IMG/VR virus record: IMGVR_UViG_3300036985_006199
Location: 1 to 57,972 of that record
Length of the DNA: 57,972 nt
From: a virus
Taxonomy: Duplodnaviria > Caudoviricetes
Reading direction: 5' to 3' (one strand)
Below are positions 10,001-18,995 of this stretch, in pieces. The notes beneath the pieces were generated by a model that worked only from the letters and a program-made list of their open reading frames with translations, searched no databases and was not told the origin of the DNA. Both the position numbers and the translations under genes were made by a program. Numbering within the stretch: position 1 is the first letter of the stretch; each line of letters starts with the position of its first letter.

Positions 10001-13000
10001 GTGCAAGTATTAGTGGAGGGGAAAGATTCGGCACATCTTTATCGAGACAGGGAACGTGCGCGCTTGGAAGCAGAATGGAAGTGGTGCCAGAAAAATGGGC
10101 ACTTGATGATCCTTGCGGTGAACGATCAGCGCATTCCGAGTGTATGGACGGGACCGTTTGTGACGGAGGAGTTCATGGAGAGCGTGCGGAAACATCGCGT
10201 GCGCTTTCGCACCATGTTGACGGTAGAACCCTCGGAGGCTGTCGCTCCGAGTGCTTGCGAGTCACCGACCTGTCCGACGCCTACCAGCTCGTCCGAGTAA
10301 CGGCCACGCGGGATCTTCCAGCCGAACAGACCTACAGCATAGAGACGGACTGCCAGACCTTCGTGGCGGACGGTTGCGTGGTCCACAACACGAACTTCCC
10401 TCCGAAGCGGAGTGCACAGCAGATCAATCAGACGTTTGGCAAACAGCTCACGGCGGCTAATTTCGACATCGTGGAGAAGGTCTACCGATCCATGGTGCGG
10501 CGGATCAAGTCGCGCTTCCAGACGGCAGGCGGCGACTTCCCGGGCATGGTCATCATGGTGTCGTCGGCGGCGACGTTGGACAGCTTCACCGAGCGTAAGA
10601 TTCGGGAGGCGCGTCAGGATCCAACGGTGTTTGTGCGGGATCATACGGCGTGGACATCGAAGCCCATGGACCACTTCTGTGGTAAGTGGTTCTACGTGCT
10701 GTGCTCGAAGTCCAGCCTCCGCTCGCGCATCCTCGAAGACGGGGAGTACGATGAGATCTCGCCTGAGTACCTTGAGGAAAACAATGCTTGGCTGATCGAG
10801 GTGCCGGTAGAATACAAGGAGGACTTCGAGAGCAACCTGGAAGACTCGTTGCGCGACATCGCGGGTGTTTCGACGCAGGCGATTTCGGCGTTCTTCCAGC
10901 GTGTGGATGCAATCGAGGCGTGCATTGTGCCGGGACGCAAGCATCCATTCTCTAGTGAGGTCTGGGTCTCTGGCTCACCGGCTACGTTCGATTGGGACTA
11001 TCTGTGCCGCCGGATCGAGCGGCGACTGCCTGGAGGGTTTACCGAGACCGCGTGGGCTCCAAAGGAGTCTCCTTCGAGTCCGCGTTGGATTCACATTGAC
11101 ACGTCAATCAGTGGAGATAGCACGGGATTTTGTTGTGGGCGTATAGACAGGTGGGTCGAGGTCGTGCGGCGGGATGGGGAGGGGCACGCCTATACCGATA
11201 CCGCACCATATTATGTCATTGAGGTGCTGCTTAGTATTAGACCGCCGTCGGGCGACCAGATCTACATGCCGGATCTGCGACGTCTTGTGTACGAGTTGCA
11301 GGCGCATGGCTTCCCAATCCACGGGTTTTCCAGTGACTCTTTTCAGTACGTCGAGATGCATCAACAGATCAGGCGGCACGGCATCCATACCGAGCTGATC
11401 TCCATGGATCGCACCATTGATCCTTACGAGGAGCTGAAGTCGGCTATTTACGAGAAGCGCATCGAATTCTACGAGTACACGAACCTGCTTCAGGAGTTGC
11501 GATCTTTGGAATATGATCGCGTGAAGGGTAAAATTGACCATCCTAGACATTCGAGTAAAGATTGCATCTCTGGGGACACCAGGATTTCCTTGCTGAACGG
11601 TAGTGAGGTCATGATCCGGGATCTCGTTGGGCAGGAATTCTGGGTGTACGCCTGCACACCGAACGGTACGGTGGTTCCAGCCCACGCTCATAATGTACAT
11701 CTGGTTGGAGACCGGGACGTGATGCGAATTTGGCTCGACAACGGGTCGCATTTGGATTGCACTCCAGACCATGAGATCATGATGCGCGATGGCGAGTTCC
11801 GGGAAGCTAAGTCCATATCGGTTGGAGATAGCCTCATGCCGTTGTATCGGGATGTTTCCGTGGCAAATCCAAAGCATGGTCTGGATGGGTATGAGAGAGT
11901 TCTTGATAACAAGACCGGACGGTATGTTTTTACGCACCAGTTGGTCGCCAATACGGTTGGTGGATTTGCATATGCGGGGAATAGGAAAGAGCGCCGAATC
12001 ATTCATCATGCCGATTTTAATAAGAGAAATAACGATCCGGCCAACCTTGTTCCCATGGAGTGGCATGAACATCTGCGCGTGCATCGAACCGTAGCGTCTC
12101 AGAATATGAAACGGCTGTGGGAGGATGACGAGTATCGGAAGAAGGCATGTCTACGCAGTGGGAAGATCGGAAGGGTAACCGGGCCGATCAACATGACACG
12201 GTACAACAGGTCTCAGGAACGCATCGAGAAACTTCAGGCCAAGGGGACATTCGCGGCAAATGGAAAGAAGGTCATGCAGCAGTTGTGGGCGGACCCTGAA
12301 TATCGACGCCGACATCGTCAGCGCGTGTCTGGATCTGGCAACCATTGGGCGAGGAAAGATGTGACGATGGATCGCATATTGACCGTTGCTGCGAGCGTCA
12401 CGAGCCAGGTTGATCTGTTGCGAGAGTTACGGTGTACCCAGAAGGTATTGGCGCGAGTCTTGTTGGAGAACGGGATGTCTTGCCGGGACTTGGCGGTGAA
12501 ATTTGGTCATCATCGCCATCGTGGCAGCGCGGCTTATCAGTTTCGACATGACGTTACATTTGACCGTGTTCTGGAGACTGCGAAGACGGTGTCCACCGTC
12601 CAGGAACTGTGCGCTACCATGAAATGTACTCCAAAGGTGTATCACCGCGTGATCCAATCACAGGGATGGACAGCAGCGAAATTCAAGGGCGCACATTTCA
12701 AAAAGTCGCAGACTAACCATCAGGTGGTGCGCGTGGAAATGCTTGGGGCGGTCCCTGTGTATGATATGACGGTGGACGTTCATCATAACTTCGCCATCTC
12801 CGCTGGCATGTTTGTCCACAACTGCTCTGATGCCCTGGCCGGGACGATCTGGGGACTGCGGCAACAGGCCGCTCGCTTGCCGTGGGCTGCTGATGCTGAT
12901 ACACCAAGAGTAGCGGTCGGTCATGATCATGGCTGGGTGAGCGACATGATCCCAGCCGAGGACGTGGATCTGGACGAGGTACGCGCGGCACGCTCGGCTC

Positions 13001-13044
13001 AGTCTGCCCACGTTCTGATGCCCTTCTTCATAGGAGATGACTGA
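7066..13044 (+). CDS. terL: terminase large subunit precursor with three inteins (mature ~685 aa)
   Basis: Spliced exteins give VVL|TGSIGSGKT (Walker A), FLDE|T (Walker B), IHIDTSISGDSTG and KIDHPRHSSKD|CSDA (RNase H-like nuclease). Confidence 0.92.
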   Translation: MIVTASNGRRRSVRTGGEDIRAFKEGYALCTPEERSLIQALLNEGDPNSAAVLSVELNESLYRRPLVSMQQFIEDPYYLGDSMGTMYPALKKDVIALFEAPYREVVLCLHPDTPIPLLNGMMPTLRSLAEKWAQDKQDFWIYGVNPDGHVRPALATEPRCTGEDDYYRVTLDDGSFFVSNARHRMVMRDGGKRQVMDMVAGDSLMPFQTVMSTKGRGRRIAGYEMVMDFVDEEMRYTHALVADHVHGSVDPSKVTIHHVDFDKRNNEPDNLSLMPWSDHQLLHARTRREWLAVDSESRTALAERQRAICKDPHSPLRMAHAEFMASPEGRALSANNLAKAIITIDDRRERGGRASVCRWNGPDGEEHRAAASERMRVRNLSGNAAEAGRLSFSNRSPEAQERQRQRALLNSMRQRRDDVNPSTIREAIDSGSSTFKAVAKKLGCSPWRVRCAIVEAGLSLREFFPRTRNHYVVSVEPCGRGPVYCMTVPDTENFAIATRRPDGTVARSGVFSSNTGSIGSGKTFLASAAICRILYELSCMKNPQLTFGMSPGTEMVIMLISKNLVLAREVMKTSIDDKIKLSPYFMQHFTPKFSTDYTLFPNSIRMNIGSYGAERALGANIFSAFLDECLGKKSLLSIGEHGKSAQFPVGDLWAMGPAGRDGLLVEALDHATGQQTWTPFRMRLSTVQPLVRIETNLGSCVRAIEPSREHPLLVRRDEWLIYVPAREIVVGDEVVWRRDDGEEGRDVERGAATEVVGGREAADRGTQSILGEDAQRGDQGAVCRECAAAVDGGQAERGDKGQAVGCVKGARDVSGDASQDGGIGQGALHAGVAGADVGADHGGSSERACDEHAPCVSGRARSSEPWTEADGGTAAADARSVPGSPWTCAQRGIAGQDLGGECAGDQRSSAVLPLPCVVAGWRLGALPDGEREAPGSTAVHGKRCGAHCRRRSDGVDALRVGWKEKDDDWRLLSDKERWRASISGGERFGTSLSRQGTCALGSRMEVVPEKWALDDPCGERSAHSECMDGTVCDGGVHGERAETSRALSHHVDGRTLGGCRSECLRVTDLSDAYQLVRVTATRDLPAEQTYSIETDCQTFVADGCVVHNTNFPPKRSAQQINQTFGKQLTAANFDIVEKVYRSMVRRIKSRFQTAGGDFPGMVIMVSSAATLDSFTERKIREARQDPTVFVRDHTAWTSKPMDHFCGKWFYVLCSKSSLRSRILEDGEYDEISPEYLEENNAWLIEVPVEYKEDFESNLEDSLRDIAGVSTQAISAFFQRVDAIEACIVPGRKHPFSSEVWVSGSPATFDWDYLCRRIERRLPGGFTETAWAPKESPSSPRWIHIDTSISGDSTGFCCGRIDRWVEVVRRDGEGHAYTDTAPYYVIEVLLSIRPPSGDQIYMPDLRRLVYELQAHGFPIHGFSSDSFQYVEMHQQIRRHGIHTELISMDRTIDPYEELKSAIYEKRIEFYEYTNLLQELRSLEYDRVKGKIDHPRHSSKDCISGDTRISLLNGSEVMIRDLVGQEFWVYACTPNGTVVPAHAHNVHLVGDRDVMRIWLDNGSHLDCTPDHEIMMRDGEFREAKSISVGDSLMPLYRDVSVANPKHGLDGYERVLDNKTGRYVFTHQLVANTVGGFAYAGNRKERRIIHHADFNKRNNDPANLVPMEWHEHLRVHRTVASQNMKRLWEDDEYRKKACLRSGKIGRVTGPINMTRYNRSQERIEKLQAKGTFAANGKKVMQQLWADPEYRRRHRQRVSGSGNHWARKDVTMDRILTVAASVTSQVDLLRELRCTQKVLARVLLENGMSCRDLAVKFGHHRHRGSAAYQFRHDVTFDRVLETAKTVSTVQELCATMKCTPKVYHRVIQSQGWTAAKFKGAHFKKSQTNHQVVRVEMLGAVPVYDMTVDVHHNFAISAGMFVHNCSDALAGTIWGLRQQAARLPWAADADTPRVAVGHDHGWVSDMIPAEDVDLDEVRAARSAQSAHVLMPFFIGDD
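7387..8607 (+). mobile_element. intein 1 in TerL (407 aa, HNH endonuclease)
   Basis: Starts CLHPDT, ends GVFSSN|T; HNH motif IHHVDFDKRNNEPDNL; inserted just before Walker A. Confidence 0.88.
8950..10389 (+). mobile_element. intein 2 in TerL (480 aa) containing a nested out-of-frame endonuclease gene
   Basis: Starts CLGKKS, block B SREHPLL, ends FVADGCVVHN|T; inserted after Walker B DE. Confidence 0.85.
9284..10300 (+). CDS. NUMOD3-repeat, TnsA-like PD-(D/E)XK homing endonuclease nested in the +1 frame of intein 2
   Basis: GGAGG at 9272 then ATG 9284; NUMOD3-like repeats (NPFWGKTHSEETK, KQSEETKAKRS, HNEESRGKISE); nuclease-like MPYELDGKKRMTIGDFLV...LVEGK. Confidence 0.8.
   Translation: MAKKGETLSEEQRQKLSEAAKQRTGERNPFWGKTHSEETKALYAENARQQWTGVKQSEETKAKRSAALKGRVMSAETRAKMAASAKARCTPEWRARMSAQTTADRASGRVTNMPPVYPAGPDHPNRGQKRTEEQRQRMREAFQDRPGHAHNEESRGKISEGNAQAIKDRVRSYRYHVSSPDGGLVPCRTENERHLAQRLCMESGVVRIVGEDQMEWMPYELDGKKRMTIGDFLVIRSDGVQVLVEGKDSAHLYRDRERARLEAEWKWCQKNGHLMILAVNDQRIPSVWTGPFVTEEFMESVRKHRVRFRTMLTVEPSEAVAPSACESPTCPTPTSSSE
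11563..12822 (+). mobile_element. intein 3 in TerL (420 aa, HNH endonuclease)
   Basis: Starts CISGDT, block B CTPDH, HNH IHHADFNKRNNDPANL, ends HNFAISAGMFVHN|C. Confidence 0.9.
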
Positions 13045-13046
13045 AC

Positions 13047-16000
13047 ATGGGCTGGATGGACACCGTCAAGAAGTTCTTCAGCCGCGACACCACGGGCAAG
13101 GTCACTGAACTGGCCCGGGGGTCTTCTGGCGAATCGTCTATGCCGAACATGGTGCCAAGCGCGCCAGACTCCGGCATGGGCGGAGCATACCAACAGCTTG
13201 CGACGATGCTCTCGGTCGACGCGGACCTCATGCTCCGCTATGCCGACTACGAGAACATGGACGACTACCCGGAGATCAGCGCGGCGCTGGACATCTACGC
13301 CGACGACGCGACGATCACGGACGCCGTGCATGGGCGGGTGATCTGGGGCACCTCGAAGGACAAGATTGTCCGGGACATCGTCAATGACTTGCTGCATCGC
13401 CGCATCCGCATCGAAGAGGACATCTGGGCGGCCGTTCGCACCATGGGTCAGTACGGAAATTTGTACTGTTTGCCTGCTGGATCTCGGGTGTGGACTGACC
13501 AGGGGCCGCGCGCTATCGAGACAATCGAAGCAGGCGCCATGGTCCAGGGGTACAAGGAAGGGGAAAAGGTCTTTTTGCCAGTAGCGAGGCGGTTGGACAA
13601 CGGGGTGCGCGAGATCTTCCGAGTGCGCACTCGGCATCGGGAGTTTTTTGCGACAGCAGACCACCCTGTGCTGGTTGACTGCGGCAATGGTGTCACGGAG
13701 TGGGTGCAAGTCGGTGATCTGAGGGTCGTGCGTTATGAGCCGAGTCCTGGTCGGAATACAGGCAGTATAAATTATGCCAAGACGCACAAATTGGTGATTG
13801 CCACCTCGTGTCATGAGGCAGCGGAAGCCCCGCTGTGCCGAGATCTGTTCGTTGCCGACGTGCATCCCAAGGAGCGAGAGATCGGCGGAAACGTGACCAA
13901 CGATTTCTGCGCCCCTGATCGGATGGATCCGTGGCTGTGTCGTCTCCTCGGGTTCATGTATGGGGATGGCGGACTAGCTACCGAGAGAATGGACGTGAGC
14001 AACAGCACGGTGTGGCTCTGTCGCAAGGAATACGAGGACCGCAACGAATACTACGAGGGGTTGTTGCGGCGCTTGCATCTCGAACCGAATCCGAATGAGG
14101 ACGGGACACTGACACTCGTTCATTCCATCCTATTCAAGTGCTTCTTGCTGTCGCTCGGCTGGAAGAACGGATCGGGAAAGAAGCGACTCCCGCTGTGGCT
14201 GGGTAGTTTACCACGAGAGCATCGGTTGGCGTTCCTGGATGGGTTCATGGATGCAGATGGATGGACGACCGATCCGCCAACATGGACGGGGTCGGCATAT
14301 CACTTTGAGATCAGCAATATCGAGTTGGCGCGAGATCTGAAGTGCCTGATCGATGGACTTGGGTTCCGCTCTGGGAACCTACGGTTCAGGACGCGCGAAG
14401 CACCGATTATCAACGGAAAACAGGTTCAGTCTGTGCAAGAGTCAGCGATGCTGACGTTCTCACGGCATGAGTTTGGTGGGGACTTTGTGTCGGAGACTCT
14501 TCTCGAAGTTGAGCCTGCCGGACAAGCACAGGTCTACGATCTGGAAATCGCGGACGATGCACATAATTTCGTGGCGGAAGGTGTCGTTGTTCACAACTGC
14601 GAGATCGTGATGAACGAGACCGGCGTGCTGGGTCTCAACTGGCTGCCCCCGCCGACCATGCGGCGCATCATCGACGTGCGCGGCAGCCTTGTCGGGTTCG
14701 TGCAAGATCCGTCCGGCATGTTCTCCTTCAACATTGCGACGCGGGAGGATCTGGAGAAGCTGCGCGAGAAGCGCGACGGCAGCACGGCGACCTTCTTCTA
14801 CCCCTGGGAGGTGGCGCACTGGCGCCTGCGGGGCAAGCAGATGCGGGCGCTGTACGGCTACTCCCTGCTGGACTCGGCCCGGTGGATCTGGAAGCGCCTT
14901 GTGATGCTGGAGGACAGCAGCCTGGTCTGCAAGCTGTGCCTGCATGGTGACACGTTGGTATGGACTCCGGGTGGAGCTACGAAGATCCGGGACGTTGAAG
15001 AGGGAGATGAGGTGCTTTCCTACGCTCCTGGTGGTGCGTTGATCAAAACACGTGTGACATATAAGAAACACAACGGGACGGATAGGTTGTTCCGGGTGTC
15101 AAGCAAGCATAGGGATATTGTCGCTAACGCGACCCACCCGGTGCTCGTTGAGTGGTCTGTTGGGAATGGAAGTGGACGACCGAAGACGAGGTTCCAGGAA
15201 TACGTAGAGGTTCAAAACATAAAGCCAGGAGAGCATATGTTTGTGACGCCGTCTGTCGAGGACGGGGTGTGCGACTACGTTCCGTTGGTGATGCCTGAAG
15301 TTGGGCAAAAAGCACGACTGATGCCGTCTGTTGCGTCTTCGCCTGCTGTTGAGATGAAGTTTGGGGCGGGACGTCTCGGTCAACGGTGCGGGGTTCGGTC
15401 TCCGCTGGTGAAGGAGTTCTTCGATGGCGAGTACGAGATCAATCTAGGGGCGGCGATTCGATTGCTTCGAGAGAATGGTACATCTCTGGATGTGTTGGAT
15501 GTGAGAGATGACTGGGGCGGAGCCGTTCCGAATATTCCCAATGTTGCCAACGAGGATTTCGCGCGTTGGTTTGGATTCATGATTGGAGATGGCTGGGCAT
15601 CGGAGCGCCCGTTCTCGAAGGGTGAGAAGAAATATTTTGTGCGCGAGATCGGTTTTGCCGCTGGCGTGGACGACGAGATCAATAAGAAATATCTTGCATT
15701 GTTTGAGCGGTTCTTTGGCCCGGCGCGGTTCAACAAGGATAGCAAGTCGACGCACGATCACGTTGGGGCATTCGTCATTTCTTCAAAGGTGGCGGTTGAG
15801 TTCATGTGCCTCAACGGATTTTCCACGGGTGCCCACAACAAGCGAGTTCCACAGTGGGTATTTGAGTCTCCGTTATCTGTGCGGCTTGCCTTCTTGGAGG
15901 GGCTTGCTGATGCGGACGGTCACATACGTGAGATGAGCGTTGGGGAGAATCATGCAAAGGTACGTTTCAAGCGAGTGACGCTGGAGATGTGCAACCATGG

Positions 16001-17186
16001 GCTTCTTGAAGATGTCCGGTTGCTCTGCATGCAGATTGGTTTAGTAGTGGGACATGTGAATTCTCGTGTGAGGGTGGGTGGTCGCACTATCTCTGGCAAT
16101 GACAATCCCTTGCCGGAGACGGTGTCGCACTCGTTTTCATATTCATTTGATCGCATGCCTTTGAGCGAGGATATCGAGAAGGTCGAAGAGGTCGCAGCGG
16201 ACGACATTTGGGATATCGGTGTAGTTGCGGAGGAGCACAACTTTGTGGCGAACGGTGTGGTTGTGCATAACACCAAGGCCCCGGCGCGCTTCGCCTTCTA
16301 CGTGGATACCGGCGAGATGCCGCCACGTGAGGCCAAGGCCATGGTGGAGGAGGTCCGCCGCCGCTACAAGAAGAAGCGGATCGTGGACCCGGCTACTGGA
16401 AAGCTAGACTTTCGATTTAATCCGCTCGAAAATAGTGAAGATTTCTTTATACCTACGCGGGCTGGGAAGGAAGCCTCGCGGGTGGAGGTCATTGCTGGCC
16501 CTGACTACGACGACACCAATGTGCTCGGCTACTTCCTGAAGAAGCTGTACGCGGCCATCCGCATCCCGCCGCAGTACCTGGGCGGCACCGAGGTGACGAA
16601 CCGGGCCGCGCTGACCCAGGAGGACGTGCAGTTCGCCCGGCTGGAGATGCGCCTCCAGAGCGAGTTCACGGGCGGTCTGTTGCAAGTGGTGCGCGTGCAT
16701 CTGGCCGCGCTGAACATCGATCCTGATTCGGTGAAGTGGGATCTGCGGATGTCCGCGCCGAGCAGCATCTTCGAGATGCAGCAGATCGAGGTTTGGAACG
16801 CGCGGGTGGCGTTGGCGGTGGGCCTGCGCGATTTCTTTACGATCCCGTGGATCATCGCAAACATCTTCCACATGTCGGATGAGGACGCGCTGTTTGCGAC
16901 CGAGGCGAAGCGCAACGAGGACGAGTCCACGGCCATGGCGCAGGCGCAGGTACAGGCGGACATCATGCAGCGGTTCCCGGAGCTGAGCCCCATGGCGGGG
17001 ATGCTCAGTGGGGCAGAGGGGGAGCAGCCCCCGCCGGGGGCGACTGAGGATGTGCGACGTGAGATCCGCCGGGTGATGGCCGAGACATCCGGGGGGCAGA
17101 ACGAGGTGTTGCGGCGACTCGCCCGGATCGAGCCCGCCATTTCCCGGGTCGAGCGGCGCGTGCGCACGGCTCGCACCGGGTCATGA
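13047..17186 (+). CDS. portal protein (T4 gp20-like) precursor with two inteins (mature ~557 aa)
   Basis: gp20-like motifs YENMDDYPEISAALDIYADD, YGYSLLDSAR, L..LEDS....L|TKAPARFAFYVDTG, EDFFIPTR; position after terL. Confidence 0.9.
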   Translation: MGWMDTVKKFFSRDTTGKVTELARGSSGESSMPNMVPSAPDSGMGGAYQQLATMLSVDADLMLRYADYENMDDYPEISAALDIYADDATITDAVHGRVIWGTSKDKIVRDIVNDLLHRRIRIEEDIWAAVRTMGQYGNLYCLPAGSRVWTDQGPRAIETIEAGAMVQGYKEGEKVFLPVARRLDNGVREIFRVRTRHREFFATADHPVLVDCGNGVTEWVQVGDLRVVRYEPSPGRNTGSINYAKTHKLVIATSCHEAAEAPLCRDLFVADVHPKEREIGGNVTNDFCAPDRMDPWLCRLLGFMYGDGGLATERMDVSNSTVWLCRKEYEDRNEYYEGLLRRLHLEPNPNEDGTLTLVHSILFKCFLLSLGWKNGSGKKRLPLWLGSLPREHRLAFLDGFMDADGWTTDPPTWTGSAYHFEISNIELARDLKCLIDGLGFRSGNLRFRTREAPIINGKQVQSVQESAMLTFSRHEFGGDFVSETLLEVEPAGQAQVYDLEIADDAHNFVAEGVVVHNCEIVMNETGVLGLNWLPPPTMRRIIDVRGSLVGFVQDPSGMFSFNIATREDLEKLREKRDGSTATFFYPWEVAHWRLRGKQMRALYGYSLLDSARWIWKRLVMLEDSSLVCKLCLHGDTLVWTPGGATKIRDVEEGDEVLSYAPGGALIKTRVTYKKHNGTDRLFRVSSKHRDIVANATHPVLVEWSVGNGSGRPKTRFQEYVEVQNIKPGEHMFVTPSVEDGVCDYVPLVMPEVGQKARLMPSVASSPAVEMKFGAGRLGQRCGVRSPLVKEFFDGEYEINLGAAIRLLRENGTSLDVLDVRDDWGGAVPNIPNVANEDFARWFGFMIGDGWASERPFSKGEKKYFVREIGFAAGVDDEINKKYLALFERFFGPARFNKDSKSTHDHVGAFVISSKVAVEFMCLNGFSTGAHNKRVPQWVFESPLSVRLAFLEGLADADGHIREMSVGENHAKVRFKRVTLEMCNHGLLEDVRLLCMQIGLVVGHVNSRVRVGGRTISGNDNPLPETVSHSFSYSFDRMPLSEDIEKVEEVAADDIWDIGVVAEEHNFVANGVVVHNTKAPARFAFYVDTGEMPPREAKAMVEEVRRRYKKKRIVDPATGKLDFRFNPLENSEDFFIPTRAGKEASRVEVIAGPDYDDTNVLGYFLKKLYAAIRIPPQYLGGTEVTNRAALTQEDVQFARLEMRLQSEFTGGLLQVVRVHLAALNIDPDSVKWDLRMSAPSSIFEMQQIEVWNARVALAVGLRDFFTIPWIIANIFHMSDEDALFATEAKRNEDESTAMAQAQVQADIMQRFPELSPMAGMLSGAEGEQPPPGATEDVRREIRRVMAETSGGQNEVLRRLARIEPAISRVERRVRTARTGS
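13467..14597 (+). mobile_element. portal intein A (377 aa, LAGLIDADG)
   Basis: CLPAGS...ATADHP...LLGFMYGDG...FLDGFMDADG...HNFVAEGVVVHN|C. Confidence 0.9.
14937..16271 (+). mobile_element. portal intein B (445 aa, LAGLIDADG)
   Basis: CLHGDT...NATHP...WFGFMIGDG...FLEGLADADG...HNFVANGVVVHN|T. Confidence 0.9.
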
Positions 17187-17193
17187 TAACGAG

Positions 17194-18060
17194 GTGACCA
17201 TGTACGCGAAGTCCCAGGACATGAAGAAGTGGTTGGACGGGAGCATCGAGGAGCGCATCGGCCAGGTGGCGGAGGCCGTCTCGCGTGCCGTTGGTGCCGA
17301 GGTGGAGATGATCGCGACCAAGGACGACTGCGCCCTGTTCCGTGACCCGGGTGGGCGTTTGTCCGAGGCCGTGTTTGTTATCCATGATGGCGTGATCGAG
17401 AGCGTCGAGATCCGGGTGGACCCCATGCCAGTGTACGAGGAGGAGCAGCTTCCTCGACTGGTGGCGGACGAGCTAAGGGAGATCGCGCATGGCATGCTCC
17501 ATGGGGAGCCGATGACGCGAACCCGGGTTCGCGTGCTCGCCGGACTCTTGAAGGAGGACGAGGACTATTGGCTGGGCGATGTGATCGCTCACATGGACCG
17601 CGCCTTGCTGGCAGAGGACACCGACCATTGGCACGTGGCCTACCAGGCGAACCAGGAGAAGATCCGCACGGCGATGTGGGGATCGATCCGGGAGTTGGAG
17701 GCGCGTATCCCCAAAACGGCATACGCCAAGATCCCGGCAGGTCGGCTATCGGAGTTCAACGAGGAACTGCACGAGTCCCTGGGGATCGTTTCTACCCGGC
17801 TGAGTGAGATTGTTGACGGAATCTCTGGCTTGGTGTTTGATGAAACAGATGGGTTTTATGGTGCCATCCGCCGGTCGCTAATTGCTGAAGCGCAGCTCCT
17901 CCGTGGGCTGCTCGCCAAGGCCGAACAGTTGATGAGAGCGGAAGATATAGACCGGGTGGCATTGGCTCATGATCGGCTGTGCGGGCGAGCGAGAACCATG
18001 GAAGTAGTGGCCGCATACCTAGCGGGGCGGTCCAAGAAAGGCGCAGAGGAGACGAGATGA
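17194..18060 (+). CDS. hypothetical head-module protein
   Basis: Long ORF between portal and protease genes with an RBS (start GTG 17194 or ATG 17200). Confidence 0.6.
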   Translation: MTMYAKSQDMKKWLDGSIEERIGQVAEAVSRAVGAEVEMIATKDDCALFRDPGGRLSEAVFVIHDGVIESVEIRVDPMPVYEEEQLPRLVADELREIAHGMLHGEPMTRTRVRVLAGLLKEDEDYWLGDVIAHMDRALLAEDTDHWHVAYQANQEKIRTAMWGSIRELEARIPKTAYAKIPAGRLSEFNEELHESLGIVSTRLSEIVDGISGLVFDETDGFYGAIRRSLIAEAQLLRGLLAKAEQLMRAEDIDRVALAHDRLCGRARTMEVVAAYLAGRSKKGAEETR

Positions 18061-18995
18061 AGATCAAGCTGAGTGCGAATACCCTGCAAGAGGATCTGAA
18101 TGCCCTGGGGATCGGCGGCCTGAACGAGGACGTCATGGCGTCGGTGGCGCTGGGCGTGCCCCTGTCCGAGAAGTCCTGCGGCATGGGCAAGGGCATGGCC
18201 GATGACGAAGAGGAGATGGACGACGAAGAAGAAGAAGAGGACGGCGAGGACTACGAGGAGTCCCGGCACGATCCGATGGACGGCCCGTTCGTCACGCACA
18301 TCCTGTTCGACCGCATCATGGCGCTCCCCTTCGAGAACCTGGCTGAGGATGACGTGCGGCGCGTGATCGAGGGCCTCAAGACGAAGCGCATCCCGCGCAA
18401 CGTCCGGGGCATCCAGGAGCGCGCCGAGGAAGTGGCCCAGCACCTGGTGCAAGAGGTCATGGGCAAGCGGACCCGCAAGTTCAAGGCGGGCGGCATGGCC
18501 AAGAAGCTCTCCATCGTGTGCCCACAAGGCTATCGCAAGAACCCCAACGGCAAGGGCTGTGTGCGGGCGGCGGTGGCAGCGGGCGGCGCGGGCAAGCTGG
18601 CGAAGACCAAGCGCAAGGCGTCCCTCTGGGCACGCACCGGCAAGGGCGCGAAGTCCGCGAAGAAGTCGGAGCGCATGGCGGGCCGACGTGGCGAGGAGTT
18701 CGCGGTCGAGCTGGAGCATCTGCTCGGAGAACAGGTGGATCGCACCATGAGCGTACGCGATGAGATCATGGGCCGCATCGGCAACATCATCGAGATGATC
18801 AACCTGGAATTCGACGACGAGGCCGTGGCTGACGTGTTCGAGTCCGCCGTGGACTCCCTGGCCGCCTCTTACGAGGCCGGTCGTCTGGACGAGGACGTCA
18901 TGGACGCGGACGCTTTCCTGGCCGAGATCCGGCCGGTGATGGCGCTGATCTCGAAGTCGCTCGACAGGTTGGACACGGTCGGATCGGGAAACTGA
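18057..18995 (+). CDS. putative prohead core/scaffold-associated protein; probable -1 frameshift extension to 19195
   Basis: ATG 18057 after GAGGAG; acidic tract plus K/R-rich middle; ends in G GGA AAC TGA followed by hairpins. Confidence 0.6.
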   Translation: MKIKLSANTLQEDLNALGIGGLNEDVMASVALGVPLSEKSCGMGKGMADDEEEMDDEEEEEDGEDYEESRHDPMDGPFVTHILFDRIMALPFENLAEDDVRRVIEGLKTKRIPRNVRGIQERAEEVAQHLVQEVMGKRTRKFKAGGMAKKLSIVCPQGYRKNPNGKGCVRAAVAAGGAGKLAKTKRKASLWARTGKGAKSAKKSERMAGRRGEEFAVELEHLLGEQVDRTMSVRDEIMGRIGNIIEMINLEFDDEAVADVFESAVDSLAASYEAGRLDEDVMDADAFLAEIRPVMALISKSLDRLDTVGSGN

